Shown here in pieces: positions 25,641 through 34,671 of a stretch of DNA of 36,626 nt. How positions within the stretch are numbered: the stretch's first letter is position 1; each line of letters begins with the position of its first letter. The position numbers were made by a program, and so were the translations under genes. A model generated the notes under the pieces. The model searched no databases. It was not told the origin of the DNA and was given only the letters and a program-made list of their open reading frames with translations. This DNA is from a virus, in the IMG/VR virus record IMGVR_UViG_3300020037_000280, positions 1 to 36,626 of that record; one strand, given 5' to 3'.

Positions 25641-26924
25641 ATGGCAGGACTAGACCCATCCATTATTTTGCGCGACATATCGCCCAAGTTTGAGCCGTAT
25701 GAAAACGTACTAGCAAAGCAGTATAAATTAGATGATGCGCGACAACAAAGTGAGCAAAACGCCTTCAAAATGCAGGTTGAACGCGACGCGTATCAACAGC
25801 AAAACGCGCTTGCACAATTATTAAGCCGTCAAGGATTTAACCCACAAACACCTGAAGGGCAAGCCCAACTGTACGGCGCAGGTGGTGTGGCAGGTGCGGA
25901 AAAATATCTAAAGGGCGCGGCTGATTTGAGGAAAGTACAAGCCGATACTGCAAAAACAGGCGTAGAAACTGAAAAAATCCAAATTGAAAAGCATTTCAAA
26001 AAGTTGGAATTAATGGGGCAACTAATGGGTGGTGTGCGTGACCAAGCTAGTTATGACCAAATGAGAGCACAGGCAGCAAATATCCCTGAATTAGCAGATT
26101 TAGTGCCTAACATGCCTCCGCAATATGACCCGCAAGCGATTGAACTAGGACGACAAAAAGCCATGAGCGTCAAAGACAGCATGGCAGCGCGTCACCAAGA
26201 GCTAACACTTGCCGAAACAGGCCGACACAATAAAGCAAGCGAAGGCATCCAAATACGCGGTCAAGACCGTCAATCTGCTGATAACGCTGCAAGCCGTCAA
26301 GTGCAGATGCGCGGTCAAAACATGGTTGATTCTCGCAGCCGTGAAAGCAACGCAGCATCTATGTCTAAGCCTTTTGAGGTGACAGACGAAAGCGGCAATA
26401 AGGTCTTAGTACAGCAAGACAAGCAAGGGAATATCAAGCGAGTAGAGGGATTTAGCCCTAAATCCGGTGCTGATAAACCTCTGACAGATGCACAAAGCAA
26501 AGCGGCATTGTTTGGCACACGTATGCAAAACTCAGACCAAATCATTAACGATTTAGCGGGTAAAGGCACGACTACTAGTGTTCCATTCTCACGCGCTGGC
26601 TTTGGTGTTGGAAGCACGATTAACGCTGCAAGCAGTGGCAGCCAACAGCAATTAGACCAAGCCAAGCGCGACTTTATCAACGCTACCTTACGCCGTGAAT
26701 CTGGCGCGGTCATTAGCCCTTCAGAATTTGATAACGCTGAAAAGCAGTATTTCCCACAAATCGGGGATAGCGCGGCGGTCATCAAACAAAAGGCGAATAA
26801 CCGTGCGATAGCAACTCGTGGCGTACAAGCTGAAGTACCAAAAGGACAGCGCGGCGTGATTAACGAGATTGCAGGCAGCAACACTCCAAGCATTGATTCA
26901 TTACTTCAAAAATACGCAAAATAA
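25641..26924 (+). CDS. Internal virion / ejection protein candidate (427 aa)
   Basis: SD aagga. Gln/Ala-rich helical protein. Assigned by position. Confidence 0.6.
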   Translation: MAGLDPSIILRDISPKFEPYENVLAKQYKLDDARQQSEQNAFKMQVERDAYQQQNALAQLLSRQGFNPQTPEGQAQLYGAGGVAGAEKYLKGAADLRKVQADTAKTGVETEKIQIEKHFKKLELMGQLMGGVRDQASYDQMRAQAANIPELADLVPNMPPQYDPQAIELGRQKAMSVKDSMAARHQELTLAETGRHNKASEGIQIRGQDRQSADNAASRQVQMRGQNMVDSRSRESNAASMSKPFEVTDESGNKVLVQQDKQGNIKRVEGFSPKSGADKPLTDAQSKAALFGTRMQNSDQIINDLAGKGTTTSVPFSRAGFGVGSTINAASSGSQQQLDQAKRDFINATLRRESGAVISPSEFDNAEKQYFPQIGDSAAVIKQKANNRAIATRGVQAEVPKGQRGVINEIAGSNTPSIDSLLQKYAK

Positions 26925-28600
26925 TGGCAACACTAGAACAACTCCATGATGCTTTGATTAAAGCTGATGCGGCTGGTAATGTTGACGATGCACGCGCTTT
27001 CGCTGCTGAAATACAGAAGATGCGAAGCGTACAGCCAGAGGCGGCACAGCCAAGCATGATGCAGTCTATCAAACAAGGCGCTGGCAACTTAGTTGCTGGT
27101 GCAGTGCGTGGGGCTGGTTCTATCGGGGCAACATTGTTAGCACCTTTTGACATTGCTGAAGATGCGTTAGCTGGTAAAGGTCTATCAATGGATCGAAACA
27201 ACGCTAGACGCGCTGGTATTGATGCAGGGCTTCAATCAATGGGTGCAGAGCCTGATTCCATGATGTATAAGGGCGGCAAACTCGCAGGTGAAATAGCGGG
27301 TACGGCTGGCACTGGTAACGTATTGGCTTTGGGCGCTAAAGGCATGGGCGCAGCTCCTACTGTAGTCAACGCTTTGCGAACTGGTGGCATGACAACTGGC
27401 GGCGGTCAAACATTGGGACGCGAACTGGCTACACGGGCAGGCGCAGGCGCTTTGGTGGGTGGTGCATCTACTGCATTGGTTAGCCCTGAAGATGCGGGAA
27501 CTGGTGCGTTAATCGGTGGTGCATTGCCCGTAGTCGCTAAGGGTGCAGGCATGGCAGGTAACGCACTTGGTAAGGCATTTGGCAAGGCAGAACAAACGCC
27601 TGAAATGGTCAACGCCATATCTAAAGCGCGTGATGCTGGTTATGTGATTCCACCGACACAAGCTAACGCCTCTTTAGGTAACAGATTGGTAGAGGGATTT
27701 TCAGGCAAGATTACGACTGCACAAAATGCAAGCGCCAAAAACACACAGGTTACTAACTCACTCGCTGCTAAGGCATTGGGCTTACCCGCAGAGACAAAAA
27801 TCACACCTGAAATACTGACAGACATTCGCGTAGCTGCAAGTAACGCAAGCGGTGAAATCGCCAAAACAGGCACGATTACACCGACAAAAGCCTATAACGA
27901 TGCTTTAGACAAACTCGCAGAGACACACCTTACGGCGGCTAAAGGCTTCCCAAATGCGAAAGAAAGCCCCGTTATTTCATTGGTTGATTCATTGCGTACA
28001 CCCTCATTTGAGGCAGGTTCAGCACTGGCCAAAATCCGTGAATTGCGCTCTGCTGCTGATGACGCTTTCCGCAAAGGTGATACCGACATAGCACGAGCCA
28101 GCAAAGGCGCGGCTAAAGCCTTGGAAGATGCCGTAGAAACGCATTTGCAAGACATAGGCAACCCTGCATTACTTAACAAATTTAGAGATGCCAGAACGCT
28201 GATTGCGAAAACCTACACCGTAGAAAAAGCTCTTAACTCAACCACTGGCACGGTAGACGCTAGAAAACTAGGAGCGATGGTCAACAAGGGTAAACCGCTT
28301 ACAGGTGAATTGCGTCAAGCTGGTGAATTTGCTAACCGATTCCCTAAAGCAAACCAAACTGTAGAGGGTATGGGTAGCTTGCCACAAACAAGCCCGTTAG
28401 ATTGGGCGGCGGCTGGTGGTATTAGCATGGCTTCAGGAAACGTATTGCCTATGCTTGGCGCTGGCGCTAGACCATTGGCCAGAAAACTTGCGTTATCCGA
28501 TATTGTGCAAAACAGATTAGTTCAGTCACAAGGCGCTAACCGATTGGCAGATTTACTCCAATACTCGCCAATGGCAATACCCGCTATTTCTTCCCGTTAA
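26924..28600 (+). CDS. Internal virion / ejection protein candidate (558 aa)
   Basis: TAATG-coupled. Gly/Ala-rich hydrophobic stretches (GAGALVGGASTALV, GALIGGALPVVAKGAG) suit membrane insertion. Confidence 0.6.
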   Translation: MATLEQLHDALIKADAAGNVDDARAFAAEIQKMRSVQPEAAQPSMMQSIKQGAGNLVAGAVRGAGSIGATLLAPFDIAEDALAGKGLSMDRNNARRAGIDAGLQSMGAEPDSMMYKGGKLAGEIAGTAGTGNVLALGAKGMGAAPTVVNALRTGGMTTGGGQTLGRELATRAGAGALVGGASTALVSPEDAGTGALIGGALPVVAKGAGMAGNALGKAFGKAEQTPEMVNAISKARDAGYVIPPTQANASLGNRLVEGFSGKITTAQNASAKNTQVTNSLAAKALGLPAETKITPEILTDIRVAASNASGEIAKTGTITPTKAYNDALDKLAETHLTAAKGFPNAKESPVISLVDSLRTPSFEAGSALAKIRELRSAADDAFRKGDTDIARASKGAAKALEDAVETHLQDIGNPALLNKFRDARTLIAKTYTVEKALNSTTGTVDARKLGAMVNKGKPLTGELRQAGEFANRFPKANQTVEGMGSLPQTSPLDWAAAGGISMASGNVLPMLGAGARPLARKLALSDIVQNRLVQSQGANRLADLLQYSPMAIPAISSR

Positions 28601-28692
28601 GACCCCGCCAAAAAGAGACGATGAAAATCACTACGCAGATTGCGATGGCTTTCCAAATCTTGAATTCGATATAGTCCAAAACTTCTCCACAT

Positions 28693-28716
28693 AACCCGCC
28701 AAATGCGGGTTTTTTC
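28693..28716 (+). terminator. Intrinsic terminator before the tail-fibre genes
   Basis: aacccgc-caaat-gcgggtt followed by ttttt. Confidence 0.7.
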
Positions 28717-28730
28717 ATTTTAAGGCAAAT

Positions 28731-29633
28731 ATGGCAGCTTATTTTAGTCCTATCGGCAACGGGCAAATAATTGATGTTAATGGAACGCCTGTATCTGGTG
28801 GAACGATTACCACGTATGCAGCAGGTTCAAGCACTCCAATTACTGCTTATACCTCTAGTACTGGCGATGTTGCGCAGGCCAATCCAGCTACGTTAAACAG
28901 CGTAGGGGCACTTGATAACCCTTTATGGTTAGCGATTAACACAGCATACAAGATTGTCGTTAAAGACGAAAACGAAAGCACTTTATTCGTATTTGACAAC
29001 ATTACGGGTATAGGTTCTTCTGTATCTAGTTCTGCTGCTGATGAATGGGTTTTATTCTCAGGTACTGCAACTTATATCAGCGCGACTTCATTTAGTGTGG
29101 TTGGCAATCAGACTGATACATTCCAAGTCGGACGCAAAACCAAATCTCAAAACAGTGGTGGCGTGAGTTATGGCGCGGTCACGAATAGCGTATTTTCCGC
29201 AGGTAATACGACAGTCACGTTAAGCAACTCAGTTCTAACCCTAGATTCTGGTTTGAGTGCCATGTATTACGGGTTTTTGAGTGCCATCAATTCATCAGTA
29301 CCCGATACTTCAGCGCCCACGGTTCGATCAATGGTTGACATCTCTAGTGCTAGTTCAACTATCACATGGGATGTTTCCGCAGCACCAGATGCAAAAATAA
29401 CCCTAGACGGCAATAAAACGCTTGCTAGCCCTATTGGATTGACTAGCGTAGGCGACAAGTATCTTCAAATTATCAACCCTGCTAGCTACACAGTTACGTT
29501 TGGTTCTGGCTATAACTTTGTTGGTAGACCCGCTTACCCGCCCGATTTAGGCACTGGTGGCAACGTAACGATATTGACAGCCTTTTGCGATGGCGCGGCT
29601 ATTCGCACTTCATACGCTCCATTCGTCGCATGA
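28731..29633 (+). CDS. Tail fibre/tailspike paralogue 1 (300 aa)
   Basis: An N-terminal region of about 190 aa is homologous to the 30340 ORF (FSPIGNGQIIDVNGTPVSGGTITTYAAGSSTPITAYT versus ISPVGNSQFLDVNGNPLSGGKLYTYEAGTTTPLAAYT). The C-terminus is divergent. Confidence 0.75.
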   Translation: MAAYFSPIGNGQIIDVNGTPVSGGTITTYAAGSSTPITAYTSSTGDVAQANPATLNSVGALDNPLWLAINTAYKIVVKDENESTLFVFDNITGIGSSVSSSAADEWVLFSGTATYISATSFSVVGNQTDTFQVGRKTKSQNSGGVSYGAVTNSVFSAGNTTVTLSNSVLTLDSGLSAMYYGFLSAINSSVPDTSAPTVRSMVDISSASSTITWDVSAAPDAKITLDGNKTLASPIGLTSVGDKYLQIINPASYTVTFGSGYNFVGRPAYPPDLGTGGNVTILTAFCDGAAIRTSYAPFVA

Positions 29634-30343
29634 TGTACCCCGCCATTAGAACGGTAACGATAGATTCACCCGCAGCAGAGGTGAATTTGTCCACACTGAT
29701 AGGAACAAGAGCGACAGGTTACATGATGGTTTTTGCAACCATTGTGAATATCGGAGCTTTTGATTCTGGTACTTGGAGTGGTGCTGATATTTTCGTATCT
29801 GCACCAAGCATTACAGGGATAAGCGGTCAAGATGGGTTAGGTGGTGCGGGCGGTGCTGCTGGTTATGGCAATCCGTTTCATACAGGTGTTACAGGCTACG
29901 GCGTTAATGGCACTTCAGGCAGCGCTGGCACGAACGGTAAAACTGCTTTTAAGACCACAACAAAACTAACCCTTACCGCCATAGGTAAGACTTTCACCAA
30001 AGGCTCAGGCGGTAGAGGTGGTGGTGGCGGCGGTGCTGGTGGCTATGGCACGACAACGCTAGTGCCATTTGTGCATTATTACGGTGGGTATGGTGGGCGC
30101 GGCCAAGGGCGCGACGGTGCGGCGGCGGCTGGAACTGCAAGAGGGTATGCAACGGCGGCAGATGGCGCAAACGGCGGCGCATTTAATACCGCAGGCAGCG
30201 ATTCAGCAGATGAAGGTCAAGGCACTTTATACGGTACGGGTGGCGCGGCTGGTATTGCTGGCACTGACGGCAAAGCACTAGAAGGCTATTCACTCATTCG
30301 ATTCATTGGCGCAGAGCCAACATATTCAGGGACAGTTACATGA
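29630..30343 (+). CDS. Glycine-rich protein between the two fibre genes (237 aa)
   Basis: The ATG at 29630 overlaps the upstream TGA. Contains GGAGGAAGYG, GSGGRGGGGGGAGGYG and YYGGYGGRGQG tracts. ATGA-coupled to the next fibre gene. Confidence 0.65.
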   Translation: MMYPAIRTVTIDSPAAEVNLSTLIGTRATGYMMVFATIVNIGAFDSGTWSGADIFVSAPSITGISGQDGLGGAGGAAGYGNPFHTGVTGYGVNGTSGSAGTNGKTAFKTTTKLTLTAIGKTFTKGSGGRGGGGGGAGGYGTTTLVPFVHYYGGYGGRGQGRDGAAAAGTARGYATAADGANGGAFNTAGSDSADEGQGTLYGTGGAAGIAGTDGKALEGYSLIRFIGAEPTYSGTVT

Positions 30344-31782
30344 CAGCAAACATTAGCCCCGTAGGGAATAGCCAATTCTTAGATGTAAACGGCAATCCGC
30401 TAAGTGGTGGCAAGCTCTACACCTATGAAGCAGGCACGACTACACCACTAGCAGCGTACACCACAGCAGAGGGGGATGTTCCACAGCCTAACCCAGTTAT
30501 TCTTAACTCACTAGGAACATTAGATGACCCGCTTTATCTAGCTAATGGGGTGGCTTACAAAATCATCGTTAAAACCTCTGCTGGTGTGTCTTTGGGGCTA
30601 GAGTATGACGATATTTATGGTGTAGCTGCTGCTGATACAACGGCGGATGAATGGCTAGAATTTACGGGCACTTTCACCTATGTGAGTTCCACATCATTTA
30701 CCGTATCAGGCGACCAAACAAGTATTTTCCAAGTAAGCAGAAAGCTAAAAACACAAAATACAGCAGGTATCGCTTATTCAAATATCGCTAGTGCGACCTA
30801 TTCAGCACCCGATACGACAGTAACGGTAACAAACACATTCTTAACCCTTGATTCAGGTCTTAGCCAAATATGGTACGGCTTCTTAGAGCCTACACATTCA
30901 TCTATTCCTGAAACAACCATAGGAACGGCGGTAAGGGTAGGGACGCAGGCAGAGGCACAAGATGCGCTAGATGTTTACAGCACGACAGAGGTGGATGATG
31001 CGATTGATGCTGCGGTGGGTGCTATCAATGTTGCACAAATTCAACCCATAGCGGCATCAGTAGCCTCAAACGAACTGACAGCAACAATCAACCCGACAAA
31101 GTTAGATTTTAGAAGCACCACATTAACAAGCGGCACGGTTACAACCGTTAACCTTGCATCTGCTGCCTCTTTGGTTGTCCCAAGTGGTGCGACATTAGGA
31201 ACAACTAACAGCGTAGCAGCGAGGTTGGCTGTCCTTGCTATCAATAATGCAGGAACGATAGAAGCAGCCATCATTAACTTATCAGGTGGCATAGACCTAT
31301 CTGAAACGGGCTTAATCAGCACCACAGCATTGTCTACAGGTTCAGATAGTGCCAACGTGGCTTATTCAACCACAGCGCGTACAAGCGTGGCATATCGCGT
31401 GGTTGGCATTATTGACATTACCGAAACAACGGCAGGCACTTGGGCTACAGCGCCAACATTGGTACAAGGTGCAGGCGGTCAAGCGACTGTTTCAATGTCT
31501 ACCTTGGGGTTTGGTCAAACATGGCAATCCGTCACTGGTAGCCGTACAAGTGGAACGACTTATTACAACACCACAGGCAAGCCAATCGAAGTTTATGCGG
31601 CTGGCGACCCGACAGCATCAGGCGGCAACCTTAGCGCAACGGTTAACGGCGTTCAGGTTGGATTACAAGGTTCACCAACAAGCATTTACGGTGTAAGTAT
31701 TTCATTCATTGTGCCAGTAGGTGCAAGCTACGTCATCACTTGGTCAAGTTTAGCCAAGTACGCAGTATCAGAACTTCGTTAA
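30340..31782 (+). CDS. Tail fibre/tailspike paralogue 2 (480 aa)
   Basis: Shares the N-terminal module with 28731..29633 and has a distinct, longer C-terminal domain. Confidence 0.75.
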   Translation: MTANISPVGNSQFLDVNGNPLSGGKLYTYEAGTTTPLAAYTTAEGDVPQPNPVILNSLGTLDDPLYLANGVAYKIIVKTSAGVSLGLEYDDIYGVAAADTTADEWLEFTGTFTYVSSTSFTVSGDQTSIFQVSRKLKTQNTAGIAYSNIASATYSAPDTTVTVTNTFLTLDSGLSQIWYGFLEPTHSSIPETTIGTAVRVGTQAEAQDALDVYSTTEVDDAIDAAVGAINVAQIQPIAASVASNELTATINPTKLDFRSTTLTSGTVTTVNLASAASLVVPSGATLGTTNSVAARLAVLAINNAGTIEAAIINLSGGIDLSETGLISTTALSTGSDSANVAYSTTARTSVAYRVVGIIDITETTAGTWATAPTLVQGAGGQATVSMSTLGFGQTWQSVTGSRTSGTTYYNTTGKPIEVYAAGDPTASGGNLSATVNGVQVGLQGSPTSIYGVSISFIVPVGASYVITWSSLAKYAVSELR

Positions 31783-31790
31783 GGGTAACT

Positions 31791-32213
31791 ATGAACTTCA
31801 AAGATGAAAACGGCAAACTTCATGTCATTGACCGAGGGTATGAATATCTGCTACCGCCAAATTGTGTGCAAATAACAGACGAAGAAGCGCAGGCAATTGT
31901 TGATGCTGAAAAGCCACCAACAAAAACCACACTCGAACTGGACACCGAGAAGTACCTCAAACGCGCTGCGGCTAAAAATCAATTGATGGCTGAAATGGCG
32001 GCTATGAACATTGGACGGCTGAAAGACCGTACATGGACAACGCAGCAGCTTGTCGGCTTGATGGCTGACCCTGACATTGTGAAGCTAATCGCGCACATGG
32101 AGACATTGAGTTTTGAGCTTGCAATTGGCGTGATTAACGGCATCACAAACGAACTGGTGACACCTGCTATCAAAGCAACATGGATAAGCCGATTGCAGGC
32201 TCATTTGTACTGA
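31791..32213 (+). CDS. Hypothetical protein (140 aa), possible fibre assembly factor
   Basis: ATG at 31791. Lies immediately after the fibre gene. The function is positional inference only. Confidence 0.5.
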   Translation: MNFKDENGKLHVIDRGYEYLLPPNCVQITDEEAQAIVDAEKPPTKTTLELDTEKYLKRAAAKNQLMAEMAAMNIGRLKDRTWTTQQLVGLMADPDIVKLIAHMETLSFELAIGVINGITNELVTPAIKATWISRLQAHLY

Positions 32214-32214
32214 C

Positions 32215-32646
32215 ATGAAACTAGGCTTCAAACGCGGTACTGAATGGTATAGCGCGGTCAATCGTACTCTACTCAATAGCCAATGGTCGCACAGTGCTGT
32301 AGCGATTGAATGTCCTGATGGCTGGCGTTTGTTTGAATCGGCTGCGCTGAAAGGTTCGCACGGTAAAGCTGGTGTACGTGACTATCTGTTGACACCTGAA
32401 GTATCTGACGATTATGTATGGATTGACCTTGGCAATGCTGACGATCAATCAGCTTTAGAGCGTTACAAGCAAGTGCGCGGCTATGGCTATGACTATGCCA
32501 GCCTGTTGTCGTTTTTACCTGTGTGGAACGTGCGCGATTCAAAGCGCCTGTACTGCCATGAGTTAACGCTTCACATGATGGGCGGTTACGTGAAATGGCG
32601 CGTAACGCCTGAGATTATTTTGTATCAACTAACAATAAGAAAGTGA
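32215..32646 (+). CDS. Permuted papain-like (YaeF/YiiX, C92-type) cysteine peptidase/amidase candidate
   Basis: The order His then Cys (WSHSAVAI ... LFESAALKG ... SKRLYCHELT) matches the permuted NlpC/P60 arrangement. Confidence 0.5.
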   Translation: MKLGFKRGTEWYSAVNRTLLNSQWSHSAVAIECPDGWRLFESAALKGSHGKAGVRDYLLTPEVSDDYVWIDLGNADDQSALERYKQVRGYGYDYASLLSFLPVWNVRDSKRLYCHELTLHMMGGYVKWRVTPEIILYQLTIRK

Positions 32647-32909
32647 CAGGCATGACACCAGATGAACAACAGCAATTTATTGATGCTGTCACTGCTGCGG
32701 TCGCGGCGGCTGTCACTGCTGACAAGGCGACGATGTATCCACCAGAGCATTCGCAGTGGGTAGAGCTTGCAATCAAACGGCAAGCGCAATCAATTGCTTT
32801 GAGACAGGCAATTATCGAGAAATCAATCACAGGTTTAGTTTGGGCGGGGATTGTAGGTCTTACGTTGGTAATACGTGAGTGGTTAAACGCACATGGGTTA
32901 AAAATATGA
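32643..32909 (+). CDS. Small membrane protein of the lysis cassette (about 85-88 aa)
   Basis: C-terminal TM ITGLVWAGIVGLTLVI. The start is either the GTG at 32643 (overlaps the upstream TGA) or the ATG at 32652. Confidence 0.55.
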   Translation: MTGMTPDEQQQFIDAVTAAVAAAVTADKATMYPPEHSQWVELAIKRQAQSIALRQAIIEKSITGLVWAGIVGLTLVIREWLNAHGLKI

Positions 32910-33124
32910 AATTAGTAGATAACGCAAAACAAGCATGGCGCTGGTTTAGCGTACAAGCAATGGCACTAGCAACAGCTATACAAGCAACGTGGGCTATGTT
33001 AGACGCAGATATGAGGGCAGTAGTGCCTTATAACGATGTAGTCGTACCCGCGCTAACAGGATTGTTGTTGGCATTTGGCATTGCAGGTCGATTGGTTGAC
33101 CAAAGCAAGCCTGAGACAAAATGA
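32906..33124 (+). CDS. Holin-like two-TM protein (72 aa)
   Basis: MKLVDNAKQAWRWFSVQAMALATAIQ...ALTGLLLAFGIAGRLVDQ is a motif common in phage lysis cassettes. ATGA-coupled to the endolysin. Confidence 0.6.
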   Translation: MKLVDNAKQAWRWFSVQAMALATAIQATWAMLDADMRAVVPYNDVVVPALTGLLLAFGIAGRLVDQSKPETK

Positions 33125-33744
33125 CACCCGTTCAACTAGCCAAAGCCACAGGCGCGCGCATAGACCGTGCTACTGAATGGCTACCCGTGATTGAATCCGC
33201 CATGCTTGAATTTGGCATCAATACCCAACAACGACAAGCCATGTTCTTATCTCAAATCGGGCATGAAAGCGGCGGTATGCGTTACACGGTGGAAATTTGG
33301 GGAAACACGGCTGCACAAATCAGCTATGAGGGGCGTAAGAACCTAGGCAATACCCAAGTAGGGGACGGCTTCAAATATCGCGGTAGAGGGCTTATACAGA
33401 CCACTGGACGCTATAACTACGAAGCCACAGCTAAAGCACTAGGGATAGATTGTGTCAATAACCCTGATTTACTTGCTGAACCTGAAAACGCTGCACGCTC
33501 TGCGGCTTGGTGGTGGCAATCACATAATCTAAACAAGTACGCAGATGCAGACGATTGCAGAGGTTGCACCAAGGTTATCAACGGCGGTTACAACGGGTTA
33601 GACCAACGATTAGCACTCTATGAAGCTGCTAAATCCGTATTACCACAAGTAGAGATTCCAACGGTTAGAGCGCCTTCTGTGTTGACGGCGATTCTGACTA
33701 TCTTAAAAACCGTTTTCACCATGTTTCAAAGGGGTAAACCATGA
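33121..33744 (+). CDS. Endolysin, glycoside hydrolase family 19 (chitinase-like lysozyme)
   Basis: QRQAMFLSQIGHESGG, YRGRGLIQTTGRYNY and NPDLLAEPENAARSAAWWW are GH19 endolysin signatures. It also has a hydrophobic/amphipathic C-terminal tail PSVLTAILTILKTVFTMF. Confidence 0.9.
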   Translation: MTPVQLAKATGARIDRATEWLPVIESAMLEFGINTQQRQAMFLSQIGHESGGMRYTVEIWGNTAAQISYEGRKNLGNTQVGDGFKYRGRGLIQTTGRYNYEATAKALGIDCVNNPDLLAEPENAARSAAWWWQSHNLNKYADADDCRGCTKVINGGYNGLDQRLALYEAAKSVLPQVEIPTVRAPSVLTAILTILKTVFTMFQRGKP

Positions 33745-33860
33745 GCTTTTTTATTGGACTCATTATCGGTGCGGCATCAATGTATGCCTATCAGCGCGGA
33801 ATGTTGGACACACCTATCGCGGCAGTAGTTGACCTTGTACGCAATTGGGGCAAGAAGTGA
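33741..33860 (+). CDS. 39-aa single-TM peptide
   Basis: The ATG overlaps the endolysin TGA. Sequence MSFFIGLIIGAASMYAYQRGMLDTPIAAVVDLVRNWGKK. Confidence 0.45.
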   Translation: MSFFIGLIIGAASMYAYQRGMLDTPIAAVVDLVRNWGKK

Positions 33861-34258
33861 GCGAACTAGACGCAGCCAACGCAGCCCCGCCAGCTAGCGA
33901 CACAGAGCGTAAATCCGCGCTAGGTTGGATAGCGGCTGTAGTCGTGCTTGGTGTGATTGCCATGATTGTCGCGGGCGTTTACGGCTACAAAAGCCACAAA
34001 GCAGAGGTAGCCAAGATTGAAGCAGCGCCCGTAGCCTTGCCTGAATTGGTTAAGCCCACAATCTTTAAGCGCATTGCAAAAAAGATAGCACCACAGGCAG
34101 TAAATACGCCTACTCCACCAGCACCAGAGGTTGACCAGTTTCAAACCGAACAACCTCCCGCGGTAGAAGTAAAGCAACCATTATCAGCGCGTGAATTGGC
34201 GTATGAAAAGCGCCTGAATGAATTTGACAACCGTTTAACTAAAGGGGAAAAACCATGA
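33845..34258 (+). CDS. Type-II membrane protein (about 133-137 aa)
   Basis: Non-ATG start (TTG at 33845 or GTG at 33857, which overlaps the upstream TGA). One TM helix WIAAVVVLGVIAMIVAGVYGY followed by a Pro-rich periplasmic part. Confidence 0.55.
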   Translation: MGQEVSELDAANAAPPASDTERKSALGWIAAVVVLGVIAMIVAGVYGYKSHKAEVAKIEAAPVALPELVKPTIFKRIAKKIAPQAVNTPTPPAPEVDQFQTEQPPAVEVKQPLSARELAYEKRLNEFDNRLTKGEKP

Positions 34259-34671
34259 AACGTATATTTTTAGCACTTGCAATCGTTCTTACATTTACAG
34301 GCTGTGCCAGCACCGATTACGCACAATACGCATCTATCCATGTCGAACGGTCAAAAACCGAAGCGGCACGCTATGACGCACTTGCCAGCATTGCCCGTCA
34401 TTCAAACGACCAAACAACCCGTGTAGCTGCGGCTATGGCTTTAGCTATGGGTGGCAGTGCCAATGTAACAGGCGGTGCGGTATCAGCACCACAAAATGAG
34501 GCTTTGGCTTGGGGTAACTTGTTGGTCAATGGTGCAACTAGCCTCTATGGCTTGCGCGTAGGTGCTGCCATTAAATTAGGCGACATGAGCCGCGGTGCAG
34601 CCGATAAAGACGTACTGAATAACGCCATGTCAACATTGGACATTATCCGTAACACCGACACAGTTAAATGA
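34255..34671 (+). CDS. Lipoprotein (138 aa)
   Basis: Signal peptide plus lipobox MKRIFLALAIVLTFTGC. ATGA-coupled on both sides. Confidence 0.7.
   Translation: MKRIFLALAIVLTFTGCASTDYAQYASIHVERSKTEAARYDALASIARHSNDQTTRVAAAMALAMGGSANVTGGAVSAPQNEALAWGNLLVNGATSLYGLRVGAAIKLGDMSRGAADKDVLNNAMSTLDIIRNTDTVK

Noticed and set aside
28584-28766. 60-aa minus-strand ORF (or a 44-aa version from the ATG at 28718) with a TM-like segment, in the gap between the ejection-protein and tail-fibre genes.
   Set aside because: It has no SD. Its 5' end is the reverse complement of the + strand terminator hairpin and its start lies inside the fibre gene. It is probably fortuitous.
29994-30281. ORFs 29994..30182 (-) and 30069..30281 (+) inside the glycine-rich gene.
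   Set aside because: They are artefacts of the locally G+C-rich GGN-repeat coding sequence, which keeps off-frames open. There are no start contexts.
28731-31782. Possibility of a diversity-generating retroelement acting on the duplicated fibre genes, as in BPP-1-type podophages.
   Set aside because: No reverse transcriptase ORF exists anywhere in the genome. There is also no near-identical template/variable repeat pair. The paralogues are diverged throughout their shared module rather than at adenine-specific positions.
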